From Okamejei kenojei (taxonomy: Eukaryota), in contig CM069165.1 in the NCBI GenBank assembly GCA_035221665.1, positions 19,220,001 to 19,284,000 on the forward strand: a DNA stretch of 64,000 bases. The letters are read 5' to 3'. The notes beneath the pieces are model-generated. The model was not told where the DNA came from, did no database searches, and worked only from the letters and a program-made list of their open reading frames with translations. The position numbers and the translations under genes are program-made. Position 1 is the stretch's first letter. The number at the start of each line of letters is the position of its first letter. Shown here piece after piece: positions 12,005 to 25,842 of this stretch.

Positions 12005-12262
12005 AGGACATGGAAAGAGGCCATTCAGCCCATCGAGCCTACTGCAGCTCCCAGAAAACAAAATTAGATTGGTATAGAATTAGTGTAAACAAGTGCTTGA
12101 TGTTGGTACAGAAATGGTGAGCAAAGGGGCATGTTTACAAGCTGAATTGCTCCAAGTTTCAGGGGGAACTTGCAATCTCCACACAGACAGCACTGAAGGT
12201 CAGGATCATACTTGGTCCCTGGAGCTGTGAGGCAGCAGCTTTAACAGCTGCACAACCATGAC
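12005..12262. mobile_element. degenerate HE1-like SINE pieces in both orientations
   Basis: ggccattcagccc tail, attagtgtaaac..gtgcttgatg segment, and ctccacacagacagcac...ggagctgtgaggcagcagc head on the minus strand. Confidence 0.55.
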
Positions 12263-12589
12263 GTTTAATCTTTTCCATATTCAATACTGAACTATTTACA
12301 TAAGATGCTAACATCACTAACTTTAGGAATTTGTAGCACACGTAATTTATCTTCAATACACCTCGATGTGCAGATGTTTGTTGTCATGAAAACTTCAAAG
12401 CACCATCAATATCGGAATTTACTGAACAAAAATGCTGGCAGAACACAGTGAAGTAATATTTCCTCCTTTACCCCTTCAACAACATACATTTACAGCAAAA
12501 TGCATGCAGAGAAAGATCTCAAGGATGTCACAGTAGTATTGACAATCGATCTGAAGACATACATATATACTAGAATAATTGAGAAATTT

Positions 12590-12765
12590 TGCAAAGAAAG
12601 TGAAAGAGAGAGAGAGGGTGTGGGGGGAAGCAGAGAGGTTTGAGGAGGGAATTCCAGAGCTGAGGCCCAGAAAAAGCTGAAGACACAGCCTCCAACAGTG
12701 GAACGATAAGAACGGGAATGCTGATGATGCCTGAATTGAAGGCGTGCGCAGATTCTGGTAACTAC
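12590..12765 (-). mobile_element. L2-like LINE 3' fragment
   Basis: Minus strand ggaggctgtgtcttcagc...ctctggaattccctcc encodes the LWNSLP terminal motif. Confidence 0.6.
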
Positions 12766-12769
12766 TGCC

Positions 12770-13420
12770 GTCTATAATGTGCCAGATCGTGAAGCATGCA
12801 ATAATGAAGTCTGTGCATCTGCTGGCATTTACCTCCCAGAATGATGCAGACAAAAATGTCTCACCTTGAGAATGGTGTTGTTCTGGTGCTTTGGTGGCTC
12901 AAGTTGTATCTGTGCGCCCTGCTGTGGCGGGTGAAATCACTGGTATGAAGACACAGGGGTATAGGGTAATCATCCCCCACCCCCCCACTCCCCAGAAGCA
13001 TCCCTCAGGGGAGTGTCAGTTGCTGAAGGTGTTCAGACTCCCAGAGGTTGAAGGAATCATGTGAAATTCCAGAAAAGATGGCATTCACAATGAGGAGGTA
13101 TTTGCGATCCATAGCCATCTGCACATTGAAGGAGTGGAAACCATTCCTGTCCATAAAATAATTCTGTTTTTTTAAAGGGGGACACAAATAGGCTTATGAG
13201 TGCAGCCCAAGGCTGACTAAATTTCTTGGAAGCCAGCAATGCTGATAGATCCCAGTGGCAAGGTGCCCCTTTGTCCTTACTGAAATCAGAGTGTATGCTC
13301 ACATCTATCCATGAAATACAAAGCCTTGGTGACCTCTCCTGAGCTGCACTGAGCAGCGCTTTGGGAAATGCAACAGAGGTTTGCTGCGGCTACTGGGAGA
13401 GAATAGTCCAAGCACAGGAT
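12770..13420 (-). pseudogene. decayed PIF/Harbinger DDE transposase
   Basis: DRNGFHSFNVQ...NAIFSGISHDSFNL matches NRKGFHSINVQ...PGSxHDxxIL; downstream GD-x-YP-like, RYNLSHQSTRTT and FIIACFTIWH motifs occur in order, with frameshifts. Confidence 0.8.
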
Positions 13421-13479
13421 TGTTTACATGCATCTTCCTAAAGAAATCCATGTACATCTATGATGACACATTTGGAAAA

Positions 13480-13733
13480 CCTAAACCTCCAATCACCACA
13501 ATCACCAACTAAACTTCAAACTACAAACTATTTTGGTTGCACTAGGGATTTCAGACTTTGGTTTTGTTTTGTGCTACATTTTTAGTTGAACTTTTTTGTC
13601 TGTTTATCATAGTATCTATTGAGCACTGTGCTCTATCGTGTACTGTGCTTACAAACTTGCTGTGCTGCTGCAAATAAGAATTTCATTGTTCCATTTTGGT
13701 ACCTGACAATTAAACACTTTGACTCTTGACTCA
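13480..13733 (+). mobile_element. Rex1/Babar-like 3' UTR fragment
   Basis: ggttgcactaggga...gctgctgcaaataagaatttcattgttcc...acaattaaacactttgactcttgact. Confidence 0.7.
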
Positions 13734-14479
13734 TGCCAGTAGGGTTCTGCTGAGGTACCCATAGTATGAGAAACGAGCCAGTTAAATACTGAAACTTAGA
13801 GTCAAAGTCAGTTGAAAAACACTCTGTGCAAACTTTGGAATGTGTCTGCACAGCCCGCAGTTAGTTCTGATGTGGCCGATGTCAGCAGATTGTCTCTTAA
13901 ACTGGGAGAAAAGTGACAAACTAGCACCAGGTGCTCCTGGTTGAGTTGATGTTGATGCTCTGAAGTTAGCCTTGGAAGAACAGTGACGTAATTCACCGCG
14001 CATCTGAAGCTACTAGCGGTCAGGAACACTGGTGTTGATCTCAACCGGGAACACCCAGTCTAACATCATGATTGCCGCAATTTGGTTTTTGCTGCAATTT
14101 CACCTGGAAATGATCACAAATCGATTTACTCCATGTGAAATGAAAATTGCATCACTGAGCACCGTTCTTTGGGAGAGCTGCAAAATCCAATTTTTAAATG
14201 ATTCCTTTCAGCACGGAGACAGTTCCCAGCCAGTGTTAATGTTCAACACAAGCTTTCTCACAACCTTCACCCAACTCATCAACAATTCTCTCAACTGTTT
14301 GTCCTGCTTGCCAGGACTGGAAAATATTATCTTTGATGAACAACAGATACTTTCTTTGAAGCTGTTGGATGAGGGCAGATTTACTTGGTGCGTAATATTC
14401 TAATAACTGCAGAGAATATCAAAAGGGCCTATTTCCCGGAACAGACAGGTTACCCTCAAGGAGCTACAAGTTTGAGGTA

Positions 14480-14730
14480 GATCGTCTGGAGGGGAACTGA
14501 GTAAATGCATTTCGCCCCAAAAATGACGGGTATGTAGTGCTGGTGGATAGGGTGTTAGGGGCAGGAACTTTCATCACATTTAAAATATACTTGATTGAAT
14601 AAGAGCAAAGACTGTAACCTCTACAGATGTAATCAAACCTAAATAGCAATTATGCTGGATAGCAATTTTGGCTGGCATGTAAATGATGGGCCGAATGGCC
14701 TTACAATTATATAAATGTCTCTGACTCCAT
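14480..14730 (+). mobile_element. old CR1 3' end
   Basis: ggcaggaactttcatcacatttaaaatatacttgat...gatgggccgaatggcc. Confidence 0.65.
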
Positions 14731-15079
14731 TGGGTTGTGAGTTCGGCCATGGGTAAATAATTTTCTGAATTCTCGTTTTATTATCGATTGCGGACTGAAT
14801 TTTGCCGCGAAATGCTAGACGTTGCTCACGTACATGCCAAGAGGTTCAAGATTTCTCAAACTCGCTAACAGCTGCACAGCAGGAATTCTGCAACTCAGTC
14901 CCCATGAGATTTTGTGACGAATCACAAATTACAATTATTACCCAACCAAACCTTGGGAATCTGTTGTACAATGAGATCCATGTCCAAAAATGAGTAAGAG
15001 GAATTAAATTGTTGGTATTTTTAGATTATTATTAATTATTTCAGTTGAGGACAAAGTATTTAAGTGTTTCTCTGTTTTA

Positions 15080-15262
15080 GAACCATTGAGACACATAACA
15101 TAGACACAGGCCCTTCGGCCCACCGTGTCTATGCTGGCTACCACATACTCATCTATACTAATCCTATTGACCACTATGTGGTCCTGCGTCTTCTAGTTGG
15201 CCATTTGAATGCTCAGTCAGATATATTTTAAATGTTCTAAGAGAACCTGCCTCCACCACGCC
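15080..15262 (-). mobile_element. CR1 3' end
   Basis: acaggcccttcggcccacc...cctgcctccaccac on the plus strand. Confidence 0.75.
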
Positions 15263-15294
15263 CCCCCCCCCCCCAATCAATGCTGACCAGATTA

Positions 15295-15672
15295 GTGTGC
15301 AGGAAGGGACTGCAGATGTTGGCTTAAACCGAAGATAGACACAAAATGCTGGAGTAACTCAGCGGGACCGGCAGCATCTCTGGTAGAAGGAATGCGTGAC
15401 GTTTTGGGTCGAGACCCTTCTTCAGACTGAAAGTCATTGAAAAGGAAACGAGAGACACAGACAATGATGCGGAAAGATAAAGAACAAATGAATGGAAGAT
15501 ATGTAAAGAAAGTAACAATGATAAAGGAAACAGGCCATTGTTAGCTGTTAGCGAGGTGAGAATGAAAAGCTGGTGTGACTTGGGTAGGGGAGGGATGGAG
15601 AGAGAGGGAATGCAGGGATTACTTGAAGTTAGAGAAATCAATATTCGTACCACTGGGTTGTAAGCTGCCCAT
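15295..15672 (-). mobile_element. Penelope-like element 3' end: ORF terminus plus terminal repeat
   Basis: GSLQPSGTNIDFSNFK* (C-terminus after the GIY-YIG domain) runs into the abundant repeat, linking that repeat to Penelope-like elements. Confidence 0.88.
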
Positions 15673-16659
15673 CCAATGCTTCCAATCAGGGGTCTTTATA
15701 AATCGCAGGATGGCAGAGTGAGGAGATGGCAGCGTTGGGGGCCTTGTGTTGTACCTTGGGAAATGGATACTTCTGGAGATTGGGATGAAGATTGGAGTGT
15801 GGGAAAAGTGAAGAGTCTTGTTGATGATCATGCCTTGGACAACATGATGTAAATACCCAATTATCCACCCACAGGATTGATGCTGAGAAAATCACATCAT
15901 CCCAGGGACTCTTAGTGTGGAAATGGTACAGTACATGTGTGGATGACTCACCACACCACCCAAAAGCAATCTGGAAATATTTGTTGAGACGGGTCCCTCC
16001 ACACAAAAACTATTTTCAATCACACAACATTTCAACTCCCTTGTTCTTCCTTGACAGAATACTTTGTTTAGACTTATGGGTAAAAACAAAATTAAGTTTC
16101 TAACCAATCCCCCTTGGCACCACGGTGCACAGCACAGAAAAGCCGGTATAAATTAGCTCATTCGTGGCACTTTTGTATTCAAGTCAGTTCCTTAAAAAAC
16201 AGATTATTGAGACTTTACTTAATTATTCTTTTTTTTAGGGTTGTATTGCTAGTAAGGCTGTCCTTAATTGCCCCTGTGAAGGTGCTTCTTTAATTCTCTC
16301 AAACCACTGCAGCACTTCTGGTGAAGGTGCCACAAAGTGCATTTTGGGAGGTAGTTCTACGATTTATATACAGTGATGAAGGAATGGTATTAGATGTCCA
16401 TGCAATGCGTTTCTTACTCATAATTGCTTCATTCCAATAACTTATGTTACCTGAACAAGTAAAAATAAATAATACTTAAACTAATATAATGCAATGAGAG
16501 ACCAGTGGCATCTGCTACACCTAGAGAGCTGTGAAACAGGTTATATTACTGCTACAGAACATTCAGAACTGCTGGTAGATGCGCCACTATTTCCTGTTCT
16601 GACACACAGTTACTGAACATACAGCGAGCAAGGAATCAGTAAAATACAGAAGGACTCAC

Positions 16660-16710
16660 AGGAGGGCCACGGGGTCCAATGATTGAGATGCCAGGATCTC
16701 CTGGAGCTCC
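16660..16710 (-). CDS. COL13A1: collagen exon, 51 nt, GAPGDPGISIIGPRGPP (contains a helix imperfection)
   Basis: cttctaccatag|GGAGCT...CCTCCT|gtgagt; close match to COL13A1 GSPGDAGLSIIGPRGPP including the two-residue interruption. Confidence 0.93.
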
Positions 16711-16947
16711 CTATGGTAGAAGTGGAAAAGGCAATCAGACAATCAGACCAGGCACCCATAAGAATCCATACAGAGACAGATTATGCTTTATTGTAGATCA
16801 CCTCTCACTTGTGTCGACGATCCCCTAATCCAACTTGCAACCAATAGCTGGAATATAGAGACTTCCTGACCTAACCAAGATTAGATCACTGTGTGTCAAG
16901 TTTAAAGTTCAAGAATGGTCAACTATAATCACGGATGTAGCATCCAG

Positions 16948-17096
16948 GGTCATAAGGTCATAAGTGACGGAAGCAGAATTAGGACAATCGGGCCATCAAG
17001 CCTATTCTGCTATTCAATCATGGCTGATCTATCTCTCCTTCCTCACTCCATTCTCCTGCCTTCTCCCCATAACCCCCGACACCCATACTAATCAGG
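16948..17096 (-). mobile_element. CR1 3' tail
   Basis: (ggtcataa)2...attcaatcatggctgatct...cctgccttctccccataaccc. Confidence 0.8.
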
Positions 17097-19999
17097 AAGT
17101 GTGCATTCAATGTCACATTCACAGTACCAGCCTTTTGCCCTGATTGTCTTTTGGTGTGTTTTACAGAAAATAGATAGATATGAAATAATTTTCAATTAAA
17201 ATGCAAACAGGGATGTATCTTTCTTTTGTAATCAAATCTATATTCTTCATTGTCCTTTTCACCCACCTTTCCCTGGTTAATGCAGCACATTATTATTATC
17301 CCAAGAAAATTATGGCAGAGAAATTACTGTTGGGCAAGTATTATTGTATGCATAGAATTGCATGCTTCGGCACATTAATGCATAGAATAGTTTGTTACAC
17401 TGAGTATCATCTTCTTTTGCATTTTTTTTGTGGCCCTGGGGAAATTACTTTCAATGCCCTGCTGTAACACCACTTCGAATCATACAGCAATAAGGGGGGA
17501 TCAGTGACATAACTGTGGCAGCTCCTTCAGTGAGCGATCAGGGACCAGACCACTGTCATTTGGTCTTTCTGCCTGGGACAGCACACTAATAATCCAAGCA
17601 ACTGATTTGTAGCCAAAACCCAGGCAGTTTCTCAGGCTCTCCTGGCCTACAGATCCAAGATGTTAGCACTTCTACCATCTTCCTATGAAACTGAAGACAC
17701 CCCACATAACACAGTCCAGCAGTTAGAACTAACAGCTTATTAGTGTAATACTATTAAATACATTCTTATCTTAGTCAATGGGAGATCTTGGAAGCTAAGA
17801 TTTGTATTATAGCTCCTGTAAATCCTTAGGAAAACGCAACTCATTTTTACAAAAACTACAATAGCAGGACTATACATGAAGTGATTTACATTACTGCAAA
17901 TAATTGCAAATAATGGAGTGATTTGCAGAATCCTAAAAGCAAATTGGCATTTTACTTAATTGTGTAACTGAATTGTGCACTCAATATGGAAACAAATATT
18001 ATTTGCGCTTTAGTATCTCGCTACTATTTACGTGGCCAAGCATTTTGTCTGTGTCTGGCAGTAAGCTGTGTAAAACCAAACATTCAATAGAGCTTTATGC
18101 ATATTTTAGGGTAAAGAATATTTCATGGGTTAAGCAAAGTAATTTTGATTTCTAGTTACCAGCAAAGAATGAGGCAGGAACATATTGCAGAAGCCTAAGG
18201 CTGGGTGCAGCTGATTGCCGTCAACAGTTTCATTGTGACCATCAGCCTTCTCAACAGCCTGTCTTGGAATTCTCCACTTGATCAATCTGACCTCCTTCTC
18301 TGGTACTGGGCACATCATTAGCCCAGCAATGGAGCACAGACCTGCCCAGGGGAGGGACAACATGCATTTGACTTGACCACCAGCCCTCAGTATTATATCA
18401 AAGAAGCATGGTGCACAAAGAGATGGTGTCACCAATTGTATGGAGAAATGCAAGTAGAGTTATGTGAATGAATTGTTTCATTTTAATGATGTATTAGTTT
18501 TGCAAGGTGTATTTCGTAAAACACTTACATTTTGTTATTTAGATATTTACATTTATTTGCAAAGTTTATGAGAAAGTTAAAAATAGCTCAAAAGTGATGA
18601 AAAGGTACATTGTGGGCAGAACCCCAGGTTCAGATCTGTGGTTTGTTCAATGCTTAGAGCTCGCTTGAGGTCTATGGATGAGGAGGGTCACCTCATTTTG
18701 CCCTACACACTTGGGCAAATCAAGTCCACATGGGCAGAAAGTCCGAGCAGGCAACAGGTCAGGTCAGTTCCTTATGTTGCTAAGATGGAGTCTGAAAAGG
18801 CATGGTGGTTTTAAGAGGAAACAAACATCTGCATTTACAACTAACCAGTGGGTCAATGCAAGAACAACCTGGCTTTATACTGTTGCTCCATTGTATAAAT
18901 TGGGGAATGGGCTAAATGTGGTTATATAAAAAAAGAACATCCCATGATGTTTAAAATGCATTAGCCTATCTGGAATTGACAGCAATTGACTAATGACAAC
19001 ATTGGCTTATTCTACATTTTTTCATTGATTTTGGCAGTGGGCAGTAGTTGAACGGTTGGTAAACTGGATCCATATCTTTGGATGTTTGTTGTTTGACATG
19101 ATGGCTGAAAGTGCTTCAGATCACAACAATCACATTGATTCCTCACTCTGGCTCAGAACTCAGCCTGTGCAAGGTGCCTGTGTAAGGAATATTTGAGCAA
19201 CTAAACTCGAAGGAACTATATTTTGATCGACATGGTTTCGGGGGACCCTTCTTCACACTCAATGTGGGTCGACCCGAAACAGGTCCCTATTTTTTCCATT
19301 CAAAGATGGCAACTAAAGTCCACGAGTGTTTTAGAACACAAATCTCATCTAAGTTCCTTTGAGAAAGGGAAAAACAAAGTAGTTTTTAGATTTATTTTTA
19401 TAGCACTTAGAATTCTTGTCTCATATCCAAAGCAGACTTAAATAATGCATAAATCCCTATCGGTTTGCAGTTTACTCAATGAATGGGTGGGTCATCATGA
19501 TGCATGTTACTTGACTTGAGAGTAAACCAGGTGCAGCCTTAACTCCTCCAGCTACACTCCCAACTTCAAATTAAGGAACCACATGTACAATCAGTCAGAT
19601 TCAGGGTTACACACACTGTTCACAGAGTTAGTAGATAGCACATTTTTCAAACCTAATAAAAATTTCATAAACTAATGGTAGAAAATGAATAAGCAGTATT
19701 TAAAATAGGTTTAGGTAGCTTGATAAGAAAGGAGAAATGGACCAACTGCTCTTACAGACCATACACTTGAAATATTTTTGTATATATTAAACATTTAAAT
19801 TTCTTTAATCTAGTTTTCAAGTTGTTGGCAACATCAGCAATGACTAACTTTATCACTTTAAAATATTCTATAAACCTTGTTTGTCAGGATACTTAAAATA
19901 ACTGGCATTTGATTTATCCAGAAATTATCCACATCAATCAATGGAGTGGTTAACATGGCAAGAGAATGTACATGAAAGGGAGGATATCAAAGGAACAAA

Positions 20000-20540
20000 G
20001 ACACCTTAGAGATCAATAAAAGAGCAGGACAGGCCAATATGGTGGTTGAAAAGACATGTGGGAAACTTTACTAGCAGAAGCAAAGGGTACAAGGGCAGAA
20101 TAGTTATGCTAGAACTATACACAGTGACAGCTTGGGTACTAATCTGTACAGATCTGTTCACCACATTACAGGAATAAGGCAATCGCAGGATATGGAGAAG
20201 ATTTCCGAAGATGTCGCCAGGTCTGGAAAATAGTTGCTGTGGGAAAAGTTTGAATGAAATACGGTTGATTCATTTCAAAAAGTAAATGGGGGAAGACTTC
20301 TGAGACTAAATTATGAGTAATCTAGAAAACGTAGAAAGGCAAGACTTGCTTACCTTAACACAAGGTTCAATAAAAGGGGACAATCGATGTGAAATTTTTG
20401 AAGAAGGTTGTTAAAGAAAATCCTTTCATCAAGAGGATGGTTGGTGTCTCAACCAAGTGTCTGAAAGGATGCTCATCACTTTTACACAGAAGAACAAACG
20501 GGCTGAGTGGCCTCTCATGTTTATGATTCTATGAATTAGA
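20000..20540 (+). mobile_element. old CR1 ORF2 C-terminal fragment and tail
   Basis: Decayed VMLELY...SPHYR...RRF..M.PGLE motifs ending gggctgagtggcctc...atgattctatga. Confidence 0.65.
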
Positions 20541-22534
20541 CGCTAAACACTCACTCAATATAAATCCTGGGAAAAAGTCTGCTAAGATTTCATCATGTTT
20601 CATGCAGTTTCTGATATACTGTGTTCTTGACTGTACCAGCAATTATTTTAAAGTAGTATTAAATTAATACTACTGAGTTGAACGAAAGAGTAAACTTCTT
20701 CAAGAATCAGCAGTTTGTACGAGGAGTTCTGTAAGACTAGGTATGTAACCAAGTCTCAGTGCTTTCACCAAACTAGAAATAAACAGAAGAAAATCCCAGC
20801 CGACAGTAACAGTTTCACAATTCTGGAATTATGCAAAACACAAAACATTGACATGTATATTTCTATGGTTTCCTTATTCCATACAAAGCTCTTCACTGTA
20901 CCTCGGTTCATGTGACAATAATAAACTTAAACCTAATGTAAACCTACGCCTCTCGTGTACAATTGCCCTGAACCCTTGAATTGACTGTGAGTAGATACAG
21001 GTTGATGTGCAGGTTTTGCTCAACACAGCAGGTTCATTAACAACCACTGACTTGTGAAAATAAATATTTGAAAGATTAATCTTTCAATGAGTTGTGCACC
21101 AAACTGTGGGACCATCCACATCTGAGTAACAGCTTCAAAGAGTGCAGGCCTTGCAAATAGAGAGCTTCTGTGCCACTGCATTTCCTTGCAGTGACAATGT
21201 CCTTTGCAAGCCAGTTTCCTGACAGAATATGGCTTCCACCCATGTACTTGCTCAAATTTGAATGATCTATGTGCTAACAACAAGCTGCAGAAAGGAAGAA
21301 ATCTACAGCAGTAAGTAAAGAGAATTCAGGCTTGTCTTGATGTCAGTGCGGCTTACTTCAAACTCTTGGCATGAACCTTTCTTTGCATTTACTGTGACAC
21401 ACTGGGCTATTTTTGAGTATTCCTCACTTAGTTGCTCTGGGGTCAAGAACATTGCCTTATTGAGAACATACTTCCACTAGGGTGGAATTAATGGTGGCTG
21501 TTAGATCAAATTTGACTTTATTAGACAGTGTGTGACGGTATGATGGCTGCCAAGTTTTGGACTAGGATGGGAATAGAATTCTACAAACACACTTTGAAAA
21601 TACCAAAAAATAAAGCCAAAATTAGACTGGCATGTTATGAAGAATTTGTTCCTGCTTTTTTTTCTACACACTGACCACAATAAATGGACTACCTCAAGGA
21701 TTGCTGATGGTGTAGGGGACCTTATGGATGGTGGGCGCCATTTTGAAGGTGCCTGCTTTCTGAATGGCTTCACTCACTGCACCCATTTTGCTGTCAAAAT
21801 GTCCTCAAAGGAGATCGCCAAACCAAATATACCGCTTTTTCCTTTTAAAAATACTAACATATAATTTTTGGTACATGCTGGCTCCATCAAGTTATTACTG
21901 CATTTCACATTTACAATTTTTTTCTTTTTCAGAATTATTTACAAGGTCCAACTTTAAACGTCATGACAAGTTCTGATGATGGGAGGATGATTAAGATAAT
22001 TAAAACAACACCATTTCTTTTGGGCCTTAGACAGATTTTACAACTGTCTTTCTCACCTCTCCTCAAAATGGCTCCATTGAGTTGAATCAACAACCATACA
22101 ATAATCAGCAGCAGATCATTTTGACCAAAGAAGGGAAGGTTACCGCAGGTAGAACTTTTATTTTGCCTATTCTTCCATTTCATTACCAACATTGTCTCTT
22201 AAATCATCCAGTTTACACAATACTTGCTAATCATCCTCCCACTCCCCCAAATCCCCTGGTGCCTTAAATAATGTGAGGGGAAATATCATCCCGTTTCCCA
22301 TTGGAGTGAAGTTTGGGATTTAGAGTTCCCCTGAATCTAATGTATGTGGATGCAAGAGAGAGGAAATGTCATTGCAACCCAAGAACTGCATGAAAGGAAT
22401 AGGTTTGAATTCAAATTTCTGATCAGGGGGTATCTAACCTAAAAATATGATTATATGGAATATCAAATTCTCAAGGAACAGTCACAGTGTCCACATCAAG
22501 GTATTTCCCTTCATGCTCATAATAGCGTAATAAT

Positions 22535-22825
22535 GTCATGGAACAGAGAAAGAGTCCCACTGTCCATTTAACAATCCGACACAATCCCAATGTTAATCTC
22601 CCCACATTCCACCAGATTTCACCGCTCACCTACATACTAGGAGCACTATACGATGGCCAATTAATCCAACCTGCACATTTTTGACTTGTGGGAGGAAACC
22701 AAACCAAAGGGTTCAAAAGAAACCCATGTGGTCACAGTGAACATTCAAACTCCACATAGACACCATTGGATTGACCCCAGGTCAATGAAGCTCTAACTCT
22801 ACCAACTGCAATATATGCCAGCCTT
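22535..22825 (-). mobile_element. degenerate HE1/V-SINE
   Basis: tgtgggaggaaacc...aaacccatgtggtcacag...aaactccacatagaca V-domain. Confidence 0.7.
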
Positions 22826-24262
22826 CATTTGAAATACTTTGGGAAAAGCTCTAAAGGACCTCCTGTGCTTTTAATAGTAGTTTGCCTTTTGATCAAAGTA
22901 AGGCCACTTTCTTATGCTGCATCTCTTTCATATGGCATCAGTATCAAAAACAGTAGTGGTAGGCACAGTCACTCAGTGAACAATGGAGATCAATTGGTCA
23001 GCTTCTCTGTCGTCCCTATCACATTCTTCATTGTACAAAGGGATGACGCTTTTTAAGAGGTGTTTCAATATCTAATTTTCTCCTCCATAAATTTGTGTTC
23101 CACAAATTGGTCTCTCAGGCTAATCCATTCATCAAGCAACTGCTTATTGAATTATAAATTTTGTAGAGCATCTGAGAAGCTCCAATTTCAACGCTCGTTG
23201 AATTCAAAGAGAACAGTAAGTTAGTAGGAGTGATTTAGTGGCAAAAATCATAGTCTTAATACATCAAGCTATGTAGGGGTCAGTGTTAAAGTAACTTCTC
23301 CTCCATTTGGAGAAACAGCTTTGCTTTGGAAAAGTTGTAAAACATTTTTTGGAACAAAAATTTGAATAGCTATTGAAAGGAAAAGAAGTATGTGGAACAA
23401 AAGGGAAAACCAAGTGATCAGGGAACTGATTTGGCAAGTTTTCTTTACAAATTGGAAACAATGTTTGCAACCAAAGGTGATTTGCAGTCATGAAGAAACA
23501 GCTTCCAGAAAATTAAATGAGCAAGATTCATTTTCTCCTCCAGGGGCACAATGTGCATCAGGGATGCAGTGAATGATCAGATCTTCTTAAAGAGATTGAT
23601 GAACTGAAATCACTGCCAGAAAGTCACATACTGAGGGGGAATTCACTGGAAATGGAAAGGAAACATAAATGAAATTCAGAACGCAACATTTAGGAACATG
23701 TTGTTGATGGAAAAGTAAATGGCAAAAGTATTGAGCTGCCAAGTCTGGCCTGATGGAGCAATCAAAGGGAAATGAGATAGTCCTGAGCACAACTTTGGTG
23801 GGAGGTCTTCGGTAGAAAATGTTGTTCATTGACTGTAGCTGAATTATATTTACCTACTAGGCCATGGGAATGGGGAAGGGCACAAAACACAATGGTAAAC
23901 ACAAAAATTGATTTCATTTTGTTTTGTTTATCTAACTTAAAGATTGTAAAGAATAAGTTCCAGCGAAGTTCCAATCATTACCTAATGAAAGTATGATTAC
24001 ACAAAGTAGTTGCTCCAGTGACAACTAATTAGGTGTGTTAGTGAGTCCAGAACTATATTCTCAATTATATTCACTTATTTTTATTTCCACTGTACTTAAA
24101 CCACAAAACCAGTGCAACGCTAAAACCACTGCAATTTTTAGATTAAACAGAATGAAGTGTCCGTTCTACCCAATGGTCACTCGAACAAGTATTTAGAGGT
24201 ACTATTAACGTACTACTGAAATACAAATGAGGGACAAGGTTCCCTTTCCTTGCATGACTCAC

Positions 24263-24289
24263 CTCGTCACCAGGTTCCCCTTTTAGACC
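24263..24289 (-). CDS. COL13A1: collagen exon, 27 nt, GLKGEPGDE
   Basis: tgactgcccag|GGTCTA...GACGAG|gtgagt; similar to the alternative COL13A1 exon GVKGQPGEK. Confidence 0.88.
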
Positions 24290-25654
24290 CTGGGCAGTCA
24301 CAGCAAACACAGCATGCAGAAGTAAAGGAGAGACACAAATAGAGGATTAGTATTAGACCAAAAAAAGTACTTATCAGCATCTTTATAAAGTGACCATCTT
24401 AAAGTCGTCAGGAGCCAGAGTCTGCAACTGTGCATCAGGCCACACTCAAGCAACAAGCAAGCAGCACAGCAAGAGATTACACCTTTAATAATCTTCAGGT
24501 CTGGACTGAGTGAAATAAGTTGCTTTTAGCAAGAGAGAAATAACATAATGGGATAACTGAAAGATAAATTCCGCAGTTAGAAGCAAACCTTCCAGGGATG
24601 AAAATTTGGCATTCCAATACTAGATCCCCATTGAATCTTATGAGAGTTGGCTCCACAATGTCACTGGTGATAGTCAAGGACCAAGGGGCACTCCAGTTCT
24701 AATCAGACCAGGATTAGACCTGTGAATGGGTGAATGAGGAGAGGGGAAAGCAGGTTTGGGTCTATCAACCACACAACAATTGAATCCATTCAGAATCTTT
24801 GGTGTGACCCGCTGAGTTACTCCAACATTGTGTGTCTATCTTCGGCATAAACCAGTATATTCAGTTCCTTCCTACACATTGACTACTGTCCCCACAATGT
24901 CTATCCACAGAATGCAACGAGCATCTGTAAAACAAACCCACTGCTGGCTGCCACTGATACAAGTGTATGGTACAGGCTATGGCAGGGATGTGCCTTGCTG
25001 TTTGGACTACTAAATAATCAGAAATACCACATGTTATCCTTTAAAGTAGCAAGTATTATCTTTATAAAGTGGGGATTGTATCACCATTTCCCACATGGCC
25101 GTTTCCAGAGTAATTCTTCTATTTTCTCTCTGTGTGCACACTGTTCTCTTGTACTACAAAGGTGTAAGTGTAAAGCACATAGAGATCAAGAAGGATTAAA
25201 GTCTTGTAGTACCAAAGGACCTATCTGTGGGAGGATGGGAGAATGGCAAAAGGAAACAACATCTCTTTTTAGCACAGTTTAAACTACTGATCAGAACCAG
25301 CTGGGTCATATTCTCCACTGTCCATGGGAAAGATTGCAAACCATTAATCTACCTGAATATTATTCGACAGGACAGGAGCAAAAATATATATATTTTTTTA
25401 AATTGCCGAATGCCTGTGGACCAAACTCCTGAGTCTGTTGAGCAGTTTGTATTGAAATGCCTCAAAACTCCTCATACACAAAGAGTTATTTTGGGGTGTA
25501 TGTTATTGAGACCCAACAGTCATGCTACATATACAAGGTCCAACCAACAGTAATTGGCAGGATGAATGAGCTGCTAATTTTTATTTTAGTTGTGCTGGTT
25601 GCAGGAGGAAACCTGACTAGAATGAGACTGGATTCTGATTAAGTTCAAATATTC

Positions 25655-25842
25655 CATTGAAGTTTTGCTTCATATATTATGCACATATATGTATGTGTTT
25701 GTGTGTGTATGTGTGTATATTTGTTTTTCTTGTTTATTATATTGTTTACAGCATACTATGATTACATATTCTGTTATGCTGCTCCAAGTAAGAATTTCAT
25801 ATGACATATGACAATAAAACACTCTTGGCTCTTGACTTGATT
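25655..25842 (+). mobile_element. Rex1/Babar-like 3' UTR fragment
   Basis: caagtaagaatttcat...atgacaataaaacactcttggctcttgac. Confidence 0.65.
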
